Shown here piece by piece: positions 58,538-64,000 of a DNA stretch of 64,000 bases. Position numbers and translations under genes: made by a program. This DNA comes from Candidatus Poriferihabitaceae bacterium. GTDB lineage: Bacteria > Pseudomonadota > Gammaproteobacteria > Arenicellales > Poriferihabitantaceae. Under the pieces are notes generated by a model. The model saw only the letters and a list, made by a program, of their open reading frames with translations, was not told the origin of the DNA and ran no database searches. How positions within the stretch are numbered: the first letter of the stretch is position 1; each line of letters begins with the position of its first letter. The DNA lies in NCBI GenBank assembly GCA_965203365.1, contig OZ241878.1:2054174-2118173 (forward strand). The letters are read 5' to 3'.

Positions 58538-59337
58538 GGGGCCAGTCGGGCTTTGCTGGACATGTCGGTGGATGGGTGTGGCAACTCCGAAGGTTCCATC
58601 GGTCCGGCGAGATAGGCACGGCGGCCAGCGAGGACGGCATCGGAAAACGCCTTGGCCATCAGGACCGGGTCTCCGGCCCGGGCGACAGCGGAATTCAGCA
58701 ACACGGCATCGCAGCCGATCTCCATCGCGTGAGCGGCATGGGAAGGCAGGCCCATGCCGGCATCGACGATGATGGGGACATGCTCAAACCGCGACCGCAT
58801 CGCGCATAGTCCGTATTCATTGTTCAGTCCACGACCGGTTCCGATCGGAGCACCCCAGGGCATCAGCACCTCGCAACCGACCTGGAGCAATTGTTCCGCG
58901 ACGACGAGATCCTCCGTCGTATAGGGAAACACCTTGAATCCCTCCTCGCACAGAATTCTGGCGGCCTCGACCAGGCCCAGCGTATGGGGATGAAGGGAGT
59001 CTGAATCCCCGATCACTTCCAGCTTGATCCAGTCGGTCTCGAACAGTTCTCGCGCCATCTGGGCCGTGGTCACGGCTTCCCGGGCGGAGTGACAACCAGC
59101 GGTATTGGGCAAGATGGTGGCCTTCAGTGACTTGATCCGTTCACGAAATTCCTGCCCTGAGGTGCTACCACCGGCTTCCCGGCGAACCGACACCGTGATG
59201 ATTTCCGCAGAAGAGGCACGGACGGCCTCAAGCAGCCTGGTCGGTGACGGATACCTGGATGTTCCAAGCATCAGTCGGCTGGCAAAGGACTGCCCGTACA
59301 ATGTAACCCTACTGGATTCTGGATCAGCCGCCCGCAT
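58534..59337 (-). CDS. thiG: Thiazole synthase
   Basis: From the ATG at 59337: [48 protein letters not shown] and PIIVDAGMG. Confidence 0.92.
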   Translation of the reverse strand: MRAADPESSRVTLYGQSFASRLMLGTSRYPSPTRLLEAVRASSAEIITVSVRREAGGSTSGQEFRERIKSLKATILPNTAGCHSAREAVTTAQMARELFETDWIKLEVIGDSDSLHPHTLGLVEAARILCEEGFKVFPYTTEDLVVAEQLLQVGCEVLMPWGAPIGTGRGLNNEYGLCAMRSRFEHVPIIVDAGMGLPSHAAHAMEIGCDAVLLNSAVARAGDPVLMAKAFSDAVLAGRRAYLAGPMEPSELPHPSTDMSSKARLAP

Positions 59338-59521
59338 TGGGAGCCACCACCTCGATTCGGTCCCCAGGCTTGACCACGGTTTGATCCCGTCGATGTCGGT
59401 GAATGAATTCTTCATTCAATGCCGTGGCAATATGGGGATGACGATACCCGCATTCGGCCAGAATCTCGCTCAGAGTACCGCCATTCACTTCCTGCGGAGC
59501 CCCATTGACTGTTATGCGCAT
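59324..59521 (-). CDS. thiS: Sulfur-carrier protein ThiS
   Basis: 65 aa ending in the ...VAPNAGG diglycine. Begins MRITVNG. Confidence 0.9.
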   Translation of the reverse strand: MRITVNGAPQEVNGGTLSEILAECGYRHPHIATALNEEFIHRHRRDQTVVKPGDRIEVVAPNAGG

Positions 59522-60504
59522 AATGGCAATTCCTTCAGATGATTCGAATCCATGACAGCATCCGCGACCTGCATGGCCAGTGACGGACTCAGCAGGAAGC
59601 CATGGCGGAATAGCCCGTTCACAAAGATCACATGATCTTTGCGAAGGACTTTCGGCAGGTTGTCATCGAATGCCGGTCTGACATCGACTCCCGTCTCGAC
59701 CACTTCCGCTTCGCCGAACCGGGCATCCAGCAGCAGCGCAGCGTTCAGTAGGTCGACTACGGAACGGACACTGACTCGCTGACGTTCGTCATTTTCGATA
59801 GCCGTTGCACCGAGCATATAGCATCGTCCATCTCGGGGCACCAGATAAATGGGTTGACGGGGGTGGAGGAGTCTCACCGGTCTGGACAGGTTAATCTCGC
59901 GACTGTGCAGTATCATCATTTCGCCCTTGACCCCCCGAAGGCCCGGCAATTCGTCACGGGCCGCATATCCTCGGCAATCGATGACAAACTCGGAATGGAC
60001 GTCACCCGACTGAACATCTTCTCCGAATTGGATGCCGACCTTGCGGTCTTTCAGGTAGGCCACCAATTCCCGCAATGTTTGCCGGGGATCAAGATGAGCC
60101 TCATCGGGGAACCACAATCCCGGACCCGGGAAATCCTGCAGGTCCGGCTCGAGTTGCGCAATGTCCGATACGTTGACCCACTCACATTGCTGACCGAGTC
60201 GGGCAAGCCTTTTCAGCTCATTCCGGTCCTTGGGCAATGACAGAACCAGGCTGCCTCGTTGCGTGACGGTCGATACGTGTCGCTCCCACCATTCCCGGGC
60301 CAATAACCCCGACTGCGTGACGGACTCTTCCGCCGTATCGCGCTCGCAATAAGGAGCCAGCATGCCGCCCGCAAACCATGAACAGGAGGCCGGGCCAATC
60401 GCGGCTGAGCGTTCATAGACCGTGACCGGGATACCCCGATCGATCAGTTCACAGGCACAGGCCAGACCAGTCACGCCGGCACCGATGACGCTGACTTCAG
60501 GCAT
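59512..60504 (-). CDS. thiO: Glycine oxidase ThiO (FAD-dependent)
   Basis: From the ATG at 60504: MPEVSVIGAGVTGLACACEL (GxGxxG). 330 aa, located between thiD and thiS. Confidence 0.8.
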   Translation of the reverse strand: MPEVSVIGAGVTGLACACELIDRGIPVTVYERSAAIGPASCSWFAGGMLAPYCERDTAEESVTQSGLLAREWWERHVSTVTQRGSLVLSLPKDRNELKRLARLGQQCEWVNVSDIAQLEPDLQDFPGPGLWFPDEAHLDPRQTLRELVAYLKDRKVGIQFGEDVQSGDVHSEFVIDCRGYAARDELPGLRGVKGEMMILHSREINLSRPVRLLHPRQPIYLVPRDGRCYMLGATAIENDERQRVSVRSVVDLLNAALLLDARFGEAEVVETGVDVRPAFDDNLPKVLRKDHVIFVNGLFRHGFLLSPSLAMQVADAVMDSNHLKELPLCA

Positions 60505-61336
60505 GCCAGATCTGGTGGAAGTGATGAACCGGTCCATGGCCACTGCCAATTCGCAGCCGGTCGGCTGACCGGATAGCCCCGGCCAGATATTGATGGGATT
60601 GTCTGACGGCCGCCTTGAGGGGCATCCGGCGGGCCAGATGCGCCGCAATTGCCGCTGAATAGGTACAACCGGTCCCATGGGTATTGGGGGTCGACACCCG
60701 GGAGGATACCAGCTTCATCGGCTCTTCCTGGTCCTGCACCAGCCAGTCAGTACAGACAGACTCATTTCCATGTCCTCCTTTCATGAGCACGGCCTTCGTG
60801 CCAAGTAAGCATAGGGCTTTTCCTTGGGCCAGTGCCTCTTCGCTGTGGCAGGCCGGAGCCACATTGAGCAGTGCCGCCGCTTCAGGCAGATTGGGCGTGA
60901 TGAGGTCCACTTTGGGCATCAACCACTCCCGCAGCGAGTCGATGGCTTCAGGTGCCAGTAACGGATCCCCCGATTTGGCCACCATGACCGGGTCCAGCAC
61001 AATGTATCCACGAAAACTCTCCAACGAAGTGGCGACTTCCTTGATGACGGATGAGGTGCCAAGCAGACCAACCTTGATCGCATCGACTGCCAGATCCTCC
61101 AGAACGGTTTCAATCTGATGTTGGACCATGCCGTCCGGCAACATGGCAACATCACGGACTTGGTGGGTATTCTGGGCCGTGACGGCGGTAATCACACAGG
61201 CCCCATAGACACTCAGGGCACTGAATGTCTTCAGGTCAGCCTGGACTCCCGCGCCGCCGGAACTGTCGGAGCCGGCGATGGTCATGGCAATAGGCGTGGC
61301 GAATTCTGGATTCAACGGGCCGCAGATCCTGCGCAA
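60497..61336 (-). CDS. thiD: Hydroxymethylpyrimidine/phosphomethylpyrimidine kinase
   Basis: TIAGSDSSGGAGVQADLKTF, LMKGGH and THGTGCTYSAAIAA. The start is either the TTG at 61336 or the ATG at 61285. Confidence 0.9.
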   Translation of the reverse strand: MRRICGPLNPEFATPIAMTIAGSDSSGGAGVQADLKTFSALSVYGACVITAVTAQNTHQVRDVAMLPDGMVQHQIETVLEDLAVDAIKVGLLGTSSVIKEVATSLESFRGYIVLDPVMVAKSGDPLLAPEAIDSLREWLMPKVDLITPNLPEAAALLNVAPACHSEEALAQGKALCLLGTKAVLMKGGHGNESVCTDWLVQDQEEPMKLVSSRVSTPNTHGTGCTYSAAIAAHLARRMPLKAAVRQSHQYLAGAIRSADRLRIGSGHGPVHHFHQIWHA

Positions 61337-61405
61337 GTAGATCGGGGAACCCAGAAATCTGTTGGTGTCTGGGAAACGCGCAATGCCGTGATTGAGTCAG
61401 GATAG

Positions 61406-61492
61406 CACCGTTTCCTTCGCCAGCATTATCTGGGGCAGGTTCGATGGGTCGATTCCTCACATCTCTCAGCCTATTCAGGCTCCCCAACGGTG
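61406..61492 (-). promoter_or_regulatory. TPP (THI-box) riboswitch upstream of thiD
   Basis: The reverse strand reads CACCGUU-GGGGAGCC..GGCUGAGA..ACCCAUCGAACCUGCCCCAGAUAAUGCUGGCGAAGGA-AACGGUG. It has the conserved CUGAGA and ACCUG...AUAAUGC..GCG blocks and a closing P1 stem (CACCGUU/AACGGUG). Confidence 0.9.
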
Positions 61493-62119
61493 GGCATAAG
61501 TATATGGGAAATGGTTGAGTCAATACAACCGCCACAGCCAGTCCCGGGGCCGAAAATAGCCAGACAAGGGACAGGACGGTGGACATCCCGCTCGCGATAA
61601 GCAGAAGCCACTTACCAAACCCGCATCCAGCTGGCCGGCCGATGAGCCCCGGCCGAACCTTGTCTGCCTGGTCTGCGCTGGGCGCCGAAGGTGCCGACCC
61701 AGGATGTCCTCTTGATCTGGATCGATCGGTCCCGAGGTTTGTCCGAAGTGCCACGGAAACGCCGGCAGCCCTGTCGATCGGTACTTCAACGGCCCGAAAT
61801 GACGGAAAGAAACAAGTGGGCGCTTATGAGTGGTTCCGCACGGTCCTCCATAGATTTGTACCGATCACACAATGCGAAGCAGGATGCCGGTACAGCGAAT
61901 CTACCCGACCGGTGACGGTGGGCGCATTCTGTCCGTCCGGCGACAAAAAAGGGTATGTCGCTTGTGGCGAGGAACATATTGGACTGTGCCGATGCGGACA
62001 TTGAGTCTCCCGGTTCATCCCCAATCGGGGGGGCAACGCATAACTTAAGGGGCGGGTGGTTACGATTTTATCCTCACACCAGCTTGCGAAAAACCATCGG
62101 TCCGATTTATGCTTGTATC

Positions 62120-63142
62120 ATGAATTCCAAGAGCCGCATTCACAGCGACATCGACTACGACAAGCCAGGCCGGCAGATGTCGGTATTGCGACTCGTGCAT
62201 TCCGATAACGAAACCCCCTGGGGTTTTATTCCCGTTCCGGTGGCGGTTATCGCTGGCGGGAGCTTCAAGCGGGAAAATACGGTGTTGCTGTCCGCTGGCA
62301 ACCATGGCAATGAGTATGAAGGGCAAGTCATTCTCCGCCGGCTGATTCACGAACTGGATCCGGAGGCGATGAATGGTCGGGTCATTATCTTTCCGGCACT
62401 CAACTTTCCCGCAGTGATGGAGCACAGCCGCGTGTCCCGTATCGATGGCATCAATATGAACCGCACGTTCCCCGGCGATCCGGACGGAACGCCGACACCC
62501 GCCATGGCCCACTATGTAGAGAGCGTCGTGTTGCCACAATGCGTTGCCGCTGCGGACTTGCATTCCGGCGGCGCGGTGTCGAGCTTCATGCCCTGCGCTT
62601 ATCTTCGTCACGCTGGCGAAGCGGCATTGATGGCCCGCAAGCTGGCCGCTTGTGATGCTTTTGCCGCACCGTGGACGGTGGTGGTGTCCGGCACCGCGGA
62701 CAATCGATCACTGTCCGCGGCCTGTGACCGCCACGGTGTGGTCATGGTGGCCACGGAGCTCGCCGGTTCCGCCAGCATCGACCTGGATGCGCTGGAGATC
62801 GGATACGCATCCATCCGGCGCTACCTGACCCATTTTGGCATCATGGAGGACAGCCCCCTCGCCGCCGCGCCCACCCGTTACCTACACACGCCGGATGCGA
62901 GTTGGTTCGTCTGGGCTACATCCGACGGCATTTTCGAACCGGCTGTCCGATTGGGAGACACCGTCCATGCGGGACAACCGGCCGGCCGGATTCACCCGTT
63001 GAATGACCCGTTTCAGGAACCGGACATCGTTCACTTCAGACAAAACGGCATCATCGCCGCCATTCACACACCTGCCATTGTCCATCGTGGACAACATGTT
63101 TTCCAGATTGCCAAGGAGATCGATACCACCGGATTGACATGA
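62120..63142 (+). CDS. Second AstE/AspA-family deacylase, DoeB-like paralog
   Basis: From the ATG at 62120. LLSAGNHGNEYEGQVILRRL, IFPALNFPAVMEHSRVSRIDGINMNRTFPG and DLHSGG. Clearly paralogous to 8875-9867. Confidence 0.75.
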   Translation: MNSKSRIHSDIDYDKPGRQMSVLRLVHSDNETPWGFIPVPVAVIAGGSFKRENTVLLSAGNHGNEYEGQVILRRLIHELDPEAMNGRVIIFPALNFPAVMEHSRVSRIDGINMNRTFPGDPDGTPTPAMAHYVESVVLPQCVAAADLHSGGAVSSFMPCAYLRHAGEAALMARKLAACDAFAAPWTVVVSGTADNRSLSAACDRHGVVMVATELAGSASIDLDALEIGYASIRRYLTHFGIMEDSPLAAAPTRYLHTPDASWFVWATSDGIFEPAVRLGDTVHAGQPAGRIHPLNDPFQEPDIVHFRQNGIIAAIHTPAIVHRGQHVFQIAKEIDTTGLT

Positions 63143-64000
63143 GCCTGTCTCCCGCCAAACGCCGTATTGCCGATATCCGGACTCATATGACCGCCCTGCC
63201 CGCCGGGTTTTCCGTCGATACCATCAAGCTCTGTTCCAATGAAAGTGCTTTCGGTCCTGCTCCGGGCGTCATTGATGTCGCCGAGAAAGCGTTGCGCCGG
63301 ATGCAGTTTTATGCCGAGCAGGGAACCGACACGTTGCAGCAGGCAATTGCGCAACGCGAGCGCATTGATCCCGACCGCATCGTTTGCGGGCCGGGGTCCG
63401 ATGAATTGCTGGCCCGCCTGTGTCGCGCCTATCTTGGGACTGACGATGAATTGTTGTACAGCATCAATGGCTACGCCAAGTTTGCCAACTACGCCCTCGC
63501 CAACGACGCTGTGCCGGTTCGAGTACCGGATGCAGATTTTCAGGTCAGTGTCGACAACCTGCTGGCAAGAGTGACTTCGCAAACACGCATGGTGATGGTG
63601 GCCAATCCAGACAACCCGACCGGGACCTGGTTGTCAGGCAGTGAAATCGCCCGGCTGCATGAGGGTCTGCCGGCATCGGTCCTTTTGGTGGTGGACTCCG
63701 CTTATGCAGAATATGTGGATGACCCGTGCTATACTATGCCATCCGCCCTGGTGGATGATCACGATAATGTGGTCATGACGCGGACGTTCTCGAAAATCCA
63801 TGGCCTGGCGGGGCTGCGTCTGGGCTGGCTTTACGGCCCCTCAAGTATCGTGGAAACGCTACGGCGTATCGGCACCACTTTTCCCATCAGCAATGTCGCC
63901 CTGGATTGTGGCGTCGCCGCCATGGCCAACGAGGCGTACCAGACTGAAATCAAACAGCGTAACCGGGTGCTGAGGGCCAAGCTGCGGGATGACATGTGCG
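63139..64000 (+). CDS. Class-II aminotransferase, histidinol-phosphate aminotransferase family (3' end beyond the window)
   Basis: Not in the ORF track because it has no stop within the window. My translation from the ATG at 63139 (ATGA overlap with the upstream gene) gives SNESAFGP, NPDNPTG, DSAYAEY and TFSKIHGLAGLRLGW (PLP lysine). Confidence 0.8.
   Translation, partial: MSLSPAKRRIADIRTHMTALPAGFSVDTIKLCSNESAFGPAPGVIDVAEKALRRMQFYAEQGTDTLQQAIAQRERIDPDRIVCGPGSDELLARLCRAYLGTDDELLYSINGYAKFANYALANDAVPVRVPDADFQVSVDNLLARVTSQTRMVMVANPDNPTGTWLSGSEIARLHEGLPASVLLVVDSAYAEYVDDPCYTMPSALVDDHDNVVMTRTFSKIHGLAGLRLGWLYGPSSIVETLRRIGTTFPISNVALDCGVAAMANEAYQTEIKQRNRVLRAKLRDDMC

Noticed and set aside
1-64000. Search for CRISPR arrays, tRNA/tmRNA genes, rRNA, integrase genes and dif-like sites
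   Set aside because: I saw no regularly spaced repeats, no tRNA-like T-arm or acceptor sequences, and no tyrosine or serine recombinase motifs. This was an eye scan only, so small features could have been missed.

Overview
A 64-kb stretch of GC-rich chromosome, about 60% G+C by spot counts. Gene order points to a gammaproteobacterium: gmk-rpoZ-spoT, rsmI/lpoA/dolP, argH-lptM-lysA, mrcA, and a type-A RNase P RNA. Most of the window is core housekeeping. This includes a porin, infA, a YejABEF-type peptide ABC importer, a DUF4212/SSS solute symporter pair, aroE, nagZ, and an eight-gene thiamine operon (thiD-O-S-G-E plus thiYZX) behind a TPP riboswitch. Three accessory or rearranged patches stand out. 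(1) Two 1.35-kb direct repeats (6921-8275 and 16082-17435) each carry a 429-aa AAA_22-like P-loop ATPase gene. Their ends are nearly identical and their centre is strongly diverged. They bracket a DoeB-like gene, a frameshifted DUF1513 gene and the imelysin/DUF1111 iron cluster. The second copy lies between two inverted, internally deleted IS5-family relics, and a third, ankyrin-tailed relative is cut by the window start. (2) A 3-kb insertion between gmk and the thi operon holds a decayed IS630-like element and an AT-rich module. The module encodes a ParA-like ATPase with no canonical start codon and a coupled 136-aa protein of unknown family. (3) An AT-rich, gene-poor 1.1 kb lies upstream of infA, next to a TPR-sulfotransferase gene that is translationally coupled to a 61-codon ORF. 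I found no rRNA, tRNA or CRISPR array. All homology statements are from motif recognition by eye, not from database searches.
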